A DNA stretch of 64,000 nucleotides from Methanobacteriota archaeon (GCA_018659375.1 JABJMO010000009.1:36320-100319), one strand, 5' to 3'. Numbered from the stretch's first letter, positions 18,464-28,083 are shown. Notes: generated by a model not told the origin, from the letters alone. Translations and numbers: made by a program.

Positions 18464-19081
18464 ATGAAAAAAACCCTTGGTGAATTTCAAGATGAATTAT
18501 CATCATCTGCGCCTACTCCAGGTGGAGGTACTGCCAGTGCAGTTGCCTTAGGCCAAGCAGCAGCACTAACTAAAATGGTGATTGAACTTACACTAGGTAA
18601 AGAAAAATGGGAATCAGGCTGGATTTATGCACAGAATGCAAATAACAAAACAGAGGAGATATTAGCTAAAGCAGGTCTCTTAGCAGACCAAGATAGCGAC
18701 GCATTTGATTTGGTCATGAGTTCTTTTCGGCTACCTAAATCTACTGATGAAGAAAAGACACATAGAAAGAAAACTATCAGACAAGCCACATTGCAAGCAG
18801 CTGAGATACCTTACCAAACCGCATGTTTATCATTAGATCTACTAAAATTATTAGATGGTTTAGCGAATTATGGTAACGCAAACGCAGTTTCGGATGTAGG
18901 AGTGGCTGGATTGCTTGCTAGTGCAGCATGCAAGGGTGCATTATTCAATGTTGATATTAATCTTAATTCATTACCAGCTGAATATGGTCAGACAATGAGA
19001 GATGCGTGCCCCAAAATATTGGCAGATTGTAGCATAGTAGCCAGAGAAATAATGCAATCTGTCAAAAAAAGAATTGGATGA
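18464..19081 (+). CDS. formimidoyltetrahydrofolate cyclodeaminase (separate cyclodeaminase domain of FtcD)
   Basis: LSSSAPTPGGGTASAVALG matches the cyclodeaminase signature. About 205 aa. The track start at 18455 is a TTG overlapping the upstream stop. The first ATG is at 18464. Confidence 0.7.
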   Translation: MKKTLGEFQDELSSSAPTPGGGTASAVALGQAAALTKMVIELTLGKEKWESGWIYAQNANNKTEEILAKAGLLADQDSDAFDLVMSSFRLPKSTDEEKTHRKKTIRQATLQAAEIPYQTACLSLDLLKLLDGLANYGNANAVSDVGVAGLLASAACKGALFNVDINLNSLPAEYGQTMRDACPKILADCSIVAREIMQSVKKRIG

Positions 19082-19085
19082 TTAG

Positions 19086-21350
19086 TCATCTAACTGTAGA
19101 TCCGGTTGAAATTTCCCCGTCTACGGTAATTAATTTAACTTGGCCATTTCCATCATCTGCAGCTAACATCATTCCCTCAGAAGTCACCCCTCTGAGTGGT
19201 CTTGGCTGTAAATTACTCACAAATACAACTTGCATACCAGTCAATTGTTCAGCAGTGTAATATTGTTTAATCCCTGCACATATTACTCGCCCATTATCCC
19301 CATCATCCAAATTTACCACGTATAATTTATCCGCATTAGGGTGTTCTTCAACACTAGTTATCTTACCGACTTTTAGTTCTACTTTCATAAAATCATTGAA
19401 GTCTAAATATTGTATTCCTTCTACTTGTTTATTCATCTTTTTTCCACCTTTCTTTCCACCTTTGACATTCGATATAGGGCTGCTATCAGTTATTTCTTTA
19501 GATGCCAATGATTGTTCTTGTTTTAATATTTCATCTAATTCTAAACGTTTGAATAAAGGTTCAGGGTTTCGGTCATTCCACGTCATATCGGCTTGCCAGT
19601 CAATTGCTGAATACCAATCTGTTTGGGCTACTTGCCCTGATTGACCAAGGGATTCCCATAATCTCTGAGCACTAAAAGGCAAAAATGGTTGTGTTACAAC
19701 AGCAAGATATCGACATATTCTCCAGCCAAATGCTAGGCTTGCTAAAGATTCTTTAGCCGCATCAGAGCCATCAAATTTATCACCCAAATATTTCCAAGGT
19801 GTTGCAGCCTGAATAATTTGATTGCCGTATTGGGCTGCATTCATCACATATCTCAAAGCTTCCTTATACCTATGTCGCTCAAGGGATGTTGTAATTTCCA
19901 AATGTATTTTTTCTAATTTTACAGAGTGCTTAGTGGTGATATTATTCATCTCTAAATTTTCAAATGGTCCATTGTCAGTTTTAGGTAAGCGAGCGCCTAA
20001 AGTCAAAATGCGATGAACAAAGTTACCATATGCTGCAATGAGTTCTGAGTTTATTTTTTCAACAAAATCAGGCCAGTTGAAGTCAGTATCGTGATTTTCT
20101 GGCATGTTAATACTTAGATAATATCTTAGCGTGTCAGGATCGAATCTTTGTAAAAATGAAGGTAACCAGACAGCATGTTTCCTAGATTTTGAAAATTGTC
20201 CACCGGCTAACATTAGATATTCCATTGCTGGGACATTGGTTTCTAGAGCTAATTCACCGACTGACGGCAACTCAACCGGTTGAGTAGAATCCTTCCCTGC
20301 ATTGGCATGATTAAGTCCCATAATAAGAGCGGGCCATATAACAGTGTGAAATGGAATGTTATCTTTGCCTAGGAAATACAGGTGTCTTGGAGAGTTTCCA
20401 TTTTCGTCAATCATCCACCATTTCTTCCATGAATGTTTGCCGTCTGGGTGTCCAGCCTTACTAGCAATAGATTCAGACCAAATTTGTGCACAAGTAGAAT
20501 AACCTTGAACTGCTTCAAACCATACATAAACACACTTACCTTTCCATTCTTTATCCTCTAGTGGCAATGGAATGCCCCATGATAAATCCCTGGTTACTGC
20601 TCTTGGGCGTAGACCCATATCTAACCATTGCTTGGTCATTGCTTTGACATTAGACTTCCAAACGCTACTGCGACTCTCAGCATGTTGTTCTAAGACCTCT
20701 TGAAATAAATCCAGTCGATAAAAGAAATGCTCTGTATCGCGAATTTCAATTTCTGCTCCTGGATTCATTTTTGATCTTGGAGACTTTAATTCAATTGCTT
20801 CATAAGTGGCACCGCACTCATCACATTGGTCACCTCTGGCTCCATCAGAATCACATGTAGGGCAAATGCCTTCTACATAGCGGTCTGGCAAAAACCGTCC
20901 CGTATTACCACTTGACAATTCGTAGTATTGTTTGCTTGTTCTACGTTCAAATAATCCCGCATCTAGTAATTTGGTGAAATTTTCTTGAACGATGGTCTTG
21001 TGTCTGATATCTGAAGTTCTATTGAATAGTGAGCCTCCGTATTCAATACCTCTAGGATCTATTTTTGGCTCCCAAGAGCACCCTAAGTCTAGGAGTGCTT
21101 GTTGGTTGATTTTGTGATATCTGTCTACAATATCTTGTGGTTTGACGCCTTCAAGTTCTGCTGACACAGTAATGGGAGTTCCATGTTCGTCTGAACCCGA
21201 TACCATTAGCACTCGATTTCCTTTAGCACGTTCGAACCTTGCTTGAATATCTGGGGGGAGGTAACATCCGGCTACGTGGCCTAGGTGAAGTGGTCCGTTC
21301 GCATATGGCCATGCGACACAAATCATCACATATTCGCTCACATCGGTCAT
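19086..21350 (-). CDS. metG: methionyl-tRNA synthetase with a C-terminal tRNA-binding (Trbp111/EMAPII-like) domain
   Basis: 754 aa. HIGH-type motif PLHLGH, KMSKS-type motif QFSKS, and a zinc-knuckle cysteine cluster CPTCDSDGARGDQCDECG. Confidence 0.85.
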   Translation of the reverse strand: MTDVSEYVMICVAWPYANGPLHLGHVAGCYLPPDIQARFERAKGNRVLMVSGSDEHGTPITVSAELEGVKPQDIVDRYHKINQQALLDLGCSWEPKIDPRGIEYGGSLFNRTSDIRHKTIVQENFTKLLDAGLFERRTSKQYYELSSGNTGRFLPDRYVEGICPTCDSDGARGDQCDECGATYEAIELKSPRSKMNPGAEIEIRDTEHFFYRLDLFQEVLEQHAESRSSVWKSNVKAMTKQWLDMGLRPRAVTRDLSWGIPLPLEDKEWKGKCVYVWFEAVQGYSTCAQIWSESIASKAGHPDGKHSWKKWWMIDENGNSPRHLYFLGKDNIPFHTVIWPALIMGLNHANAGKDSTQPVELPSVGELALETNVPAMEYLMLAGGQFSKSRKHAVWLPSFLQRFDPDTLRYYLSINMPENHDTDFNWPDFVEKINSELIAAYGNFVHRILTLGARLPKTDNGPFENLEMNNITTKHSVKLEKIHLEITTSLERHRYKEALRYVMNAAQYGNQIIQAATPWKYLGDKFDGSDAAKESLASLAFGWRICRYLAVVTQPFLPFSAQRLWESLGQSGQVAQTDWYSAIDWQADMTWNDRNPEPLFKRLELDEILKQEQSLASKEITDSSPISNVKGGKKGGKKMNKQVEGIQYLDFNDFMKVELKVGKITSVEEHPNADKLYVVNLDDGDNGRVICAGIKQYYTAEQLTGMQVVFVSNLQPRPLRGVTSEGMMLAADDGNGQVKLITVDGEISTGSTVR

Positions 21351-21483
21351 ATAGAGCCCTCAATGTCTGTGCGTGTAGACTTCCGTTATTGAGTTTCACC
21401 ATCAATATCGATTTATGCGTCATTTTGAATAACTAGAATCGTTACGCAGGTTTAGCGCATCGTCTAGGGGCCGTCTTAAATTC

Positions 21484-22518
21484 ATGGAATTCACAATATT
21501 GATTTTTTACATCACACTCGCACTCGGAGTATCTTTCCTCTGCTCCATTCTAGAAGCAATTGTACTTTCAATACCTTACACTCACATAGCAGTAATGGAA
21601 AAGAATGGCAGCAAAATAGGACAAATTTGGGCTAAACTGAAAGATGATGACGCAGTAAAACCACTAACTGCAATTCTTACGTTAAACACTATTGCTCACA
21701 CGATGGGTGCTGCAGGTGTTGGTTCTGAGGTAAACAAACAGTTTGGTGAAGAATACCTGACAATAGCGTCTGTATTACTAACCTTAGCAGTACTATTCCT
21801 TTCAGAAATAATTCCGAAAACTCTTGGAACTGCATACTGGAAACAACTTGCTCCAACTGCAGGGCATATTCTTAATTTTATGACTTATGCACTGATGTTA
21901 ATTATAATCCCCATACAGTGGCTAAAAAGAATCTTACCTTCGGGTGGTAATTCTTTAGTAACACGTGATGATGTAGCAGCACTGGCTGATTTAGGAGAAG
22001 AAGAAGGTATTTTAGAAGTCGATGAAGAGACGGTAATTCATAACTTACTCAGGCTTAGAGAAATTGCAGTCAATGAAGTTATGACTCCTAGAGTAGTAAT
22101 AACAGCATTTCAACAAGATTATACTATCAGGCAAGTAATGGATGAGAATCAAGTAATAAGATTCTCGAGAATTCCTATTTTTGGAGACTCAATTGATGAC
22201 ATAAAGGGAATAATAATTCGGTCGCAATTACTAATGGCGGCCAGTCGCGATGAGTGGGGTTTATCGATTTCAGAGTTATCAAAACCAGTAAAGACAATTT
22301 CGACCAACAGTTCAGTGGACAGTGCTTTAGATATGTTTTTGACTAACAAACAACAAATAGCCATTGTTATTGATGAATTTGGTGGTACATCCGGTATTCT
22401 AACTATGGAAGATGTTTTGGAAACATTACTTGGCGAAGAAATTGTTGATGAGTTAGACGAAGTTGAAGATATGCGTGAGTTAGCCAGAGATCAGGCTGAG
22501 GTTAACGAATCAGAGTGA
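21484..22518 (+). CDS. CNNM/CorC-family divalent-cation transporter (DUF21 membrane domain plus CBS pair)
   Basis: N-terminal 4-TM DUF21-like region followed by two CBS-like repeats. 344 aa. Confidence 0.6.
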   Translation: MEFTILIFYITLALGVSFLCSILEAIVLSIPYTHIAVMEKNGSKIGQIWAKLKDDDAVKPLTAILTLNTIAHTMGAAGVGSEVNKQFGEEYLTIASVLLTLAVLFLSEIIPKTLGTAYWKQLAPTAGHILNFMTYALMLIIIPIQWLKRILPSGGNSLVTRDDVAALADLGEEEGILEVDEETVIHNLLRLREIAVNEVMTPRVVITAFQQDYTIRQVMDENQVIRFSRIPIFGDSIDDIKGIIIRSQLLMAASRDEWGLSISELSKPVKTISTNSSVDSALDMFLTNKQQIAIVIDEFGGTSGILTMEDVLETLLGEEIVDELDEVEDMRELARDQAEVNESE

Positions 22519-23525
22519 ATTCTTTCAGCTAGCCACTCACCGATAATTACGTCTCTGTCAGAATTAGTTCTAGATTTCGCATGTGTCAAACTTGTAACTA
22601 GATAATGGTCGAAGGTTGATTCATTGAGTGTTGAATCATTTTGCACATCAACTAACGCATCATAATGCCGTCTACCGAGTATATCATCCTGTTCTGCTTG
22701 TACCAATAATAAATCATTAGTTATTGACCCCCATAAAGGTACATCAACCTCCCTTAGATCGTCAATCGAGGTCAACTTTGGATTCACATTGTTAAAGTGT
22801 ACCCGAAGTCTTTTCCAATACTTACTAATCAAAAACTTAGGAATAAATAACTGACTTATTGTCTCTTCAAAAATAAAGGAATAACATGTTAAAGGTGATT
22901 CTAATATATATCCGCTTATCTTTTCATATTGGCTGTTAGAACCAATTAATTTATTGAATTTCAATAGGACAAAACCGCCCATACTGTGTCCATGGAAGTA
23001 GATTTCAGAAACAGCATCCATATTGAAAGAAGATTCGATTGATTCAAAGAATTCATGGAAAGTTATTGCTGCATGACCTGCAGTCCACTTCGCTACGGGT
23101 TCACTTGAACCATGACCTGGCATCTCAAAAATCATGACGTGCATTCCCATTTGGATGTATTTGTTTGCTCTACCCTCCATGGATATGGCTCCACTCCTCC
23201 AGCCGTGAATAATTATGACCAAAGGACGTTTGATATCATCAAAATATGATTTAACATGGATTTTTGTAGATAAATTGTGGTATGAAGAATGCCAGCCGTT
23301 TTCATTGAACATTTTCTTTTTGTTACCAGGTGAAATAAATGCCATTGCAATCCAAAATTCTAAAATGAAATTATAAAATATTATGCACCCAAACGAAATA
23401 TATATACTCAATTCTAATAATGTTGTACTAATTAATAATCGAAAAATAAAGATGATTAATAATGATATTAGCAAAAACGGACGTATCCACCTATACTTAA
23501 CTAGAAACATGCAACTCACAGACAA
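22491..23525 (-). CDS. membrane-anchored alpha/beta-hydrolase
   Basis: N-terminal TM helices, then an alpha/beta-hydrolase core with nucleophile elbow GHSMGG and the HGW motif IIIHGWRSG. Confidence 0.55.
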   Translation of the reverse strand: MSVSCMFLVKYRWIRPFLLISLLIIFIFRLLISTTLLELSIYISFGCIIFYNFILEFWIAMAFISPGNKKKMFNENGWHSSYHNLSTKIHVKSYFDDIKRPLVIIIHGWRSGAISMEGRANKYIQMGMHVMIFEMPGHGSSEPVAKWTAGHAAITFHEFFESIESSFNMDAVSEIYFHGHSMGGFVLLKFNKLIGSNSQYEKISGYILESPLTCYSFIFEETISQLFIPKFLISKYWKRLRVHFNNVNPKLTSIDDLREVDVPLWGSITNDLLLVQAEQDDILGRRHYDALVDVQNDSTLNESTFDHYLVTSLTHAKSRTNSDRDVIIGEWLAERIHSDSLTSA

Positions 23526-23539
23526 GAGTATATTGACAC

Positions 23540-24487
23540 TTATTTCTTAGACGCTTTTGCCTTGGCTTTTGCTTTGGCAACTGGTTTTGCTTTGGCAACT
23601 GGTTTTGCTTTTGCTACTCCTTTATCGGTTTCTTTTGATTCTTTCATGGGATTTTCAACCGACTCATTTTCTTTGGCCTCTTTTTTAGCTTCTCTGTTCG
23701 CAGCAAACTTGTCACCGTAATCTCCCATACTCTCAAACTTAGCCCAGAATCCACTTGCTTTCTCTTCTGCAGTTGGGACGTGTTTTACCATGTATGCTCC
23801 AAACATGACATCGTAAAGCCCTTGATTATAATCACTGGCCTTTGAAAATTGCCAGTTAACGATGTAAAGTATTACGAATATTGCCCCAACGACAGTGAAA
23901 ATTATTGGGCCTGCTCCTGCATCTTTGTCACCTATATTGCTTGTTGAGACAAATATAAACAGGAAACCAAATAATGCTAGAATCCCCACAGAATTGGATA
24001 AAGCACCTTGTATGGGATTCGATTTTTCTCCTGTAGAAGTCACATATTTTATTCTTGAAACGAATTGACCAAGATTCCTACCCGTCTTGAACGGCAACAG
24101 AATAACATTCAATACCATCATTACTAGAGACGCAACAATAAGAATAGTTGTTACTAATCCAGTATCGCTGGCCATCATAAAAAGGGCGGCGAACAGTACA
24201 CCAAAGTTCCATGCAAAATTGACAAACCAACTCATAGTACGGTCCAATTTATTTGCCATTTCGAAGCCCTCGGGTAATCCGGATACACGTGGCCTACGTT
24301 CCTTCTTAGCTTTCTTCGCCTTGGTGGGTTTCGGTTCTGCAACGGCTACGGGGGCTGGAGCCTTCTCGACGGTTTTAGCTACTGTTTTGGCTTTTGCAAC
24401 AGCCTTTGCGACTGGCTTTGCTTTTGCGACTGCCTTGACTTTTGGTTTTGATTCGCTTGCTCCACCTGCTTTATCTAATAATCCCAT
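23540..24487 (-). CDS. RDD-family membrane protein flanked by Lys/Ala/Pro-rich (KAKPVAKA) histone-H1-like repeat tails
   Basis: Central 3-4 TM region with the RDD-like motif KTGRNLGQFVSRIKYV. N- and C-terminal AKAKPVAKA repeats. The track start at 24553 overlaps the upstream gene. ATG 24485-24487 (MGLLDKAGG), with a GAGGA element 8 nt upstream, is more plausible. Confidence 0.5.
   Translation of the reverse strand: MGLLDKAGGASESKPKVKAVAKAKPVAKAVAKAKTVAKTVEKAPAPVAVAEPKPTKAKKAKKERRPRVSGLPEGFEMANKLDRTMSWFVNFAWNFGVLFAALFMMASDTGLVTTILIVASLVMMVLNVILLPFKTGRNLGQFVSRIKYVTSTGEKSNPIQGALSNSVGILALFGFLFIFVSTSNIGDKDAGAGPIIFTVVGAIFVILYIVNWQFSKASDYNQGLYDVMFGAYMVKHVPTAEEKASGFWAKFESMGDYGDKFAANREAKKEAKENESVENPMKESKETDKGVAKAKPVAKAKPVAKAKAKAKASKK
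23553..23618 (-). repeat. in-frame tandem DNA repeat (unit about 18 nt, gctttggcaactggtttt, at least 2 exact copies plus degenerate copies) encoding AKAKPVAKA
   Basis: Read directly from the sequence. Coding low-complexity repeat and a potential slippage or length-variation site. Confidence 0.6.
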
Positions 24488-24497
24488 ATTATCATCC

Positions 24498-25475
24498 TCA
24501 CTGATACATTTCTCCGATAGTACTGTAAATTTTAAAATCAGAAGAACCGACAAAGCTCTCGATTGATTCTTTATTCATGTTTCCGAGTTGACCATCTACG
24601 ATATTGAAGAATAGTGATCTTAAATCATCATCTGCAGATTGTGGATCACTACCGACTGTTTGGTAGACTGAAAAGTCATCGGATTCTACAAATGATTCGA
24701 CAACATTTGCCGGCAGGTTAGAACCTAATAATTCATCAACTATTGCAACGAATGTCACAAACAAGTCTTCTTCATTTGACACTTGAGCAACCACTGGTGC
24801 TGATTCTTCGGAAGGTGTTGAAGTTGATTCATCTGATGCGATATTGGATTGAGCAATTATAGATTGAAGTTGTTTTCTTTCCTTTAGCAAGGATTCTAGT
24901 TGTGGCTTTAGTTCTGCCAATAGTTCTGCATCCCCATCTGCTTTGGCTTCTTGGTAACTGGGTTTCAGGTTTCGAATTTCGTCTTCAATTTGAATTAATT
25001 GATCTTCTTGAGATAGTTCATTTTTCTCGTCATCCAGTAGTTCAACTACTGGAGCATCCCTAACTTGGGCTATTTTATCATCGTGTTGTTGTTTTCTAAG
25101 AACAATAATATCGCGGTCTAGAGCATGTCCAAAACGGTCGGCATATCGATCTAATAACGAGCCTGCTTCACCAGCTGAAATACGGTCTATGTGACCATAA
25201 ATCTGTGGCAGTGGTTTGTTTGACTTTTTAGCCCAAAGTTCATTGTAATCATCGTCTTTGTTAGAACTTTCTGTAACGGTTTCTTTAATTTCACCCGGAC
25301 CTAATGCCGCAGGCATTGGTAGCGTAGGTAGAGGAGGCATAGACGCTACATCAGGAAGTGGTAATGGCATTCCCGGCATTGGTGGCAAAGGCGCTGGGGG
25401 GAGGGCTAGGTTGGTTTGCACCGGAGCAGATTTTTTCTTGTTCTTCCTGAACCCCATGACCTCACCTATCCACAA
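24498..25475 (-). CDS. hypothetical Pro-rich/acidic protein with a C-terminal internal duplication
   Basis: The N-terminus is proline-rich (PPAPLPPMPGMPLPLP...). The central part is an acidic coiled coil. The C-terminal duplicated module is ESFVESDDFSVYQTVG / ESFVGSSDFKIYSTIG. Confidence 0.4.
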   Translation of the reverse strand: MWIGEVMGFRKNKKKSAPVQTNLALPPAPLPPMPGMPLPLPDVASMPPLPTLPMPAALGPGEIKETVTESSNKDDDYNELWAKKSNKPLPQIYGHIDRISAGEAGSLLDRYADRFGHALDRDIIVLRKQQHDDKIAQVRDAPVVELLDDEKNELSQEDQLIQIEDEIRNLKPSYQEAKADGDAELLAELKPQLESLLKERKQLQSIIAQSNIASDESTSTPSEESAPVVAQVSNEEDLFVTFVAIVDELLGSNLPANVVESFVESDDFSVYQTVGSDPQSADDDLRSLFFNIVDGQLGNMNKESIESFVGSSDFKIYSTIGEMYQ

Positions 25476-25539
25476 GGGAGAGCAGTATAGTATTGAACCT
25501 TACCTAAAAAAACCTCAATATTGGGATGATTCAGTAATG

Positions 25540-26754
25540 TTATGGAGACGCTATTCTTCCCCATCCCTTAAGAACTAAAAATGTGGCTGCTGCATCGCTA
25601 ATATCTAAGACGTCGCCTTTATTTGGAGTCCATTCTTGTTCAAAAAATTTGAAACGACAATCCTCTTGGGTGATTTCCACTTGTAAATTCTTATCATTGC
25701 CCAGAACAACTGCTTCAAAAAGTGGATCAAAACTGTTGGATTTATCCGGATCAAGTCTGTTTAGTGGGAACTCCGTGACTCTCATTCCAGATTTACCATG
25801 TAGGGATGTTGGCCATCTTATTTGCCTCCTAACGTCGATGGTAACAACTTCATCTGCTTCACCTGCATTTGATAAAACAACAGATGTATCGGTTTTGAGC
25901 AGGTCAAGGAATAGCGACTCATGTTTATTTAGCACGCCAAAATTACCATTCAGTAAATTTTGAGTCCTCTGTTGGTTGACTAAAAGTTCACCTAAATTTT
26001 GAATTGAAGTCTTACCTTTGGAACTGGATCTGTTTTCTCGTCGTGCTTGAGATTTTAAACTATCATGCAATTCGTCTAATAGTGAGGTGTATCCCTTTTC
26101 TTTCTTGGCGATTTGTTGAAGTTTTTCAACCACTGATTCCATACCCCTATTAATTCGATTAGCCCAACCGGTTCTATCACCTAGCTGGAATCTAGCCAGG
26201 CTACCTTTGACGTCAACATCTTGGCCTCTTATGTGTGATACTATTTCTCTTCTAGCTTCAGAGTCCAAATGGAATAGAGATGGATCTCTGTAGTGTAAAT
26301 GAAACCCTCTGTGTCCAGAAAAAGTGACTTGTAAATATTTTTCGTCAAATCCAAATTCCGGTTCAAGATAATCATTCCACAATGTCCATGCCTGTTCTTG
26401 AATAACCTCGAGCATCGCTGGAAAATCTCTATCTGTGACGCCTGGCAAGTGATCCCCGTCCAGGTCAAATATTAAATCAGCCCCAATCCATTCTTTTTCT
26501 ACCATTTTCATCATGTAAGGTTTTTCCCAATACGCAGTAGAGTAAAAGCATGAATGCATTGGACGTTGGGTAATAAAATTTCTAACAGATTCTGTGTCTG
26601 AAAAACCCTTATGTCTGATAGGGGGTGAATTACCGAATGGAATAAACATCCATTCACGATATTTTATTCTCGGTGGTGCCCAAAGAGGTGAATGGCTGTA
26701 GTAGTTGGTGAATTTATGAGCAAACCTTGCCCACCCAGTAGAAAACATCATCAC
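25540..26754 (-). CDS. priS: DNA primase small (catalytic) subunit PriS
   Basis: Catalytic DxD in LIFDLDGDH, SGHRGFHLH motif, and an archaeo-eukaryotic primase fold pattern. 404 aa. Confidence 0.75.
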   Translation of the reverse strand: MMMFSTGWARFAHKFTNYYSHSPLWAPPRIKYREWMFIPFGNSPPIRHKGFSDTESVRNFITQRPMHSCFYSTAYWEKPYMMKMVEKEWIGADLIFDLDGDHLPGVTDRDFPAMLEVIQEQAWTLWNDYLEPEFGFDEKYLQVTFSGHRGFHLHYRDPSLFHLDSEARREIVSHIRGQDVDVKGSLARFQLGDRTGWANRINRGMESVVEKLQQIAKKEKGYTSLLDELHDSLKSQARRENRSSSKGKTSIQNLGELLVNQQRTQNLLNGNFGVLNKHESLFLDLLKTDTSVVLSNAGEADEVVTIDVRRQIRWPTSLHGKSGMRVTEFPLNRLDPDKSNSFDPLFEAVVLGNDKNLQVEITQEDCRFKFFEQEWTPNKGDVLDISDAAATFLVLKGWGRIASP

Positions 26755-26771
26755 ACCATAATTTGTTTATT

Positions 26772-27074
26772 TCATTCATTGGCCATCCAGAATTTCTTTT
26801 CAGCCTCAACAACTTTTGTTGATGATTGGGCACCAGTAACTTCAACATAACATTCCCAGCAATAATAATTATTATTGATGACCATTGCAGCGCCAAAGGT
26901 CATTCTTACGCCACACTGTTTACACCTTGGACCAATTTCTCCATTCGGTGCTTGAGCGAGTTGGATATTATCGTGTGGCATATTTCTCCCTATTCCTTGG
27001 TAATTATTGTAGTTATTGAATTTGCCTCTGGCATCAATAACACCGTGTTCTTTTGAGTTAGTCCTGTCAAGCAA
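26772..27074 (-). CDS. small zinc-finger protein (CKQCG...CWEC), hypothetical; may be the 3' part of a frameshifted gene that begins at 27169
   Basis: 100 aa. It overlaps, in another frame, a 60-aa ORF (26990..27169) whose ATG overlaps the mqnD stop as TGATG. Confidence 0.3.
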   Translation of the reverse strand: MLDRTNSKEHGVIDARGKFNNYNNYQGIGRNMPHDNIQLAQAPNGEIGPRCKQCGVRMTFGAAMVINNNYYCWECYVEVTGAQSSTKVVEAEKKFWMANE

Positions 27075-27168
27075 GTAAATAGTCGGTCAGAAGACCCTTT
27101 GATGTTGGTAGTTTGTGATGGAGCAAAGTCTAATAATCCATTTTGGCTTATTTTTGGTTGTCTTGCCA

Positions 27169-28083
27169 TCAAACCGCCCCAATAAAGTCAATATTATTAG
27201 TATCGAATTCTTGGTCGATTAATCCAATCTTTTGACCTTCTTGGAGGAACAATTTTATGGATTCTCTTCCATCTTGACGATAATCAATCGTTCGCTCATT
27301 AACGTACATAGTAACAAATTTTTGGTTAGTTGCATCGTCAATTCCACGGCCCCACTTTTTAGCGAATTCTAAGGCTTCATCAGGATTTTTTATCGCGTAT
27401 TCAATGCTCATCTTGGTGTACAGTGTGATATCTTTCATCATTTGTTGTCCGAGGTCTCTCCTCACTACGTTACCACCTAATGGCATTGGGAAATTATCGG
27501 TAATACTATTCCACCATTTGCCTAGATCCACCAAGACATTTAGATCATTATCTACATAAGTCAATTGACCTTCATGAATAATTAATCCTGAAAGATAGGT
27601 CCCATCCAGAATGCGCGGAATTATTTCGTCGAACGGGACGACTGCCACATTTACATCACCCCAAGCTAATCTTAAACCAAGGTAGGCGCTAGTTTTCAAA
27701 CCAGGTACTGCAATTACCGAATTTTTAGCATCATCCAACGAAACGCCTGATTTACAAACGACCATCGGCCCATATCCCTCTCCCATAGAGGCGCCACAAT
27801 TCATCAAACTGTAATGTTTAGAAATTTCGGGGAATGCATGTATGGATACGGCTGAAACCTCTAACTCTTGGTTCATAGCACGATGATTTAATGTCTCAAT
27901 ATCTTGAAGTTCGTGAACAAATTTATATCCTGGTGTGGGAAATTTACCATTGGTCATTGCATGAAACATAAATGCATCATCTGGGTCTGGAGAATGGCCG
28001 ATTCTGACTAAGTAGTCGCCGTTTTCATCTTGGTCTAGTGTTGTGTCCATGACAATCCGAAAATTAAGTCCTTCAATAACCAT
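27169..28083 (-). CDS. mqnD: menaquinone biosynthesis MqnA/MqnD-family protein (PF02621-like), best fit 1,4-dihydroxy-6-naphthoate synthase MqnD
   Basis: IGHSPDPDDAFMFHAM resembles the MqnD signature (SPCPNDTF). 304 aa. A second family member (MqnA-like) lies at 30424..31251. Confidence 0.5.
   Translation of the reverse strand: MVIEGLNFRIVMDTTLDQDENGDYLVRIGHSPDPDDAFMFHAMTNGKFPTPGYKFVHELQDIETLNHRAMNQELEVSAVSIHAFPEISKHYSLMNCGASMGEGYGPMVVCKSGVSLDDAKNSVIAVPGLKTSAYLGLRLAWGDVNVAVVPFDEIIPRILDGTYLSGLIIHEGQLTYVDNDLNVLVDLGKWWNSITDNFPMPLGGNVVRRDLGQQMMKDITLYTKMSIEYAIKNPDEALEFAKKWGRGIDDATNQKFVTMYVNERTIDYRQDGRESIKLFLQEGQKIGLIDQEFDTNNIDFIGAV

Noticed and set aside
21351-21483. Possible ncRNA or riboswitch in the 133-bp metG/CNNM divergent spacer
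   Set aside because: No convincing conserved structure or known riboswitch motif is recognisable by eye. It is most likely just two divergent promoters.
23553-23618. Short tandem direct repeats that might be taken for a CRISPR-like or satellite array
   Set aside because: There are only 2-3 units of 18 nt, in-frame inside a CDS, and they encode AKAKPVAKA. There is no spacer structure and no cas genes.
24087-24566. 159-aa plus-strand ORF opposite the RDD/KAKP gene
   Set aside because: Antisense to the Lys/Ala repeat-coding region. The Ala/Thr/Phe-rich translation is an artefact of the GCn repeat.
26990-27172. 60-aa ORF translationally coupled to mqnD, considered as a stand-alone gene
   Set aside because: It has no motifs and overlaps the zinc-finger ORF in another frame. 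It is treated as a possible frameshift fragment rather than an independent gene.
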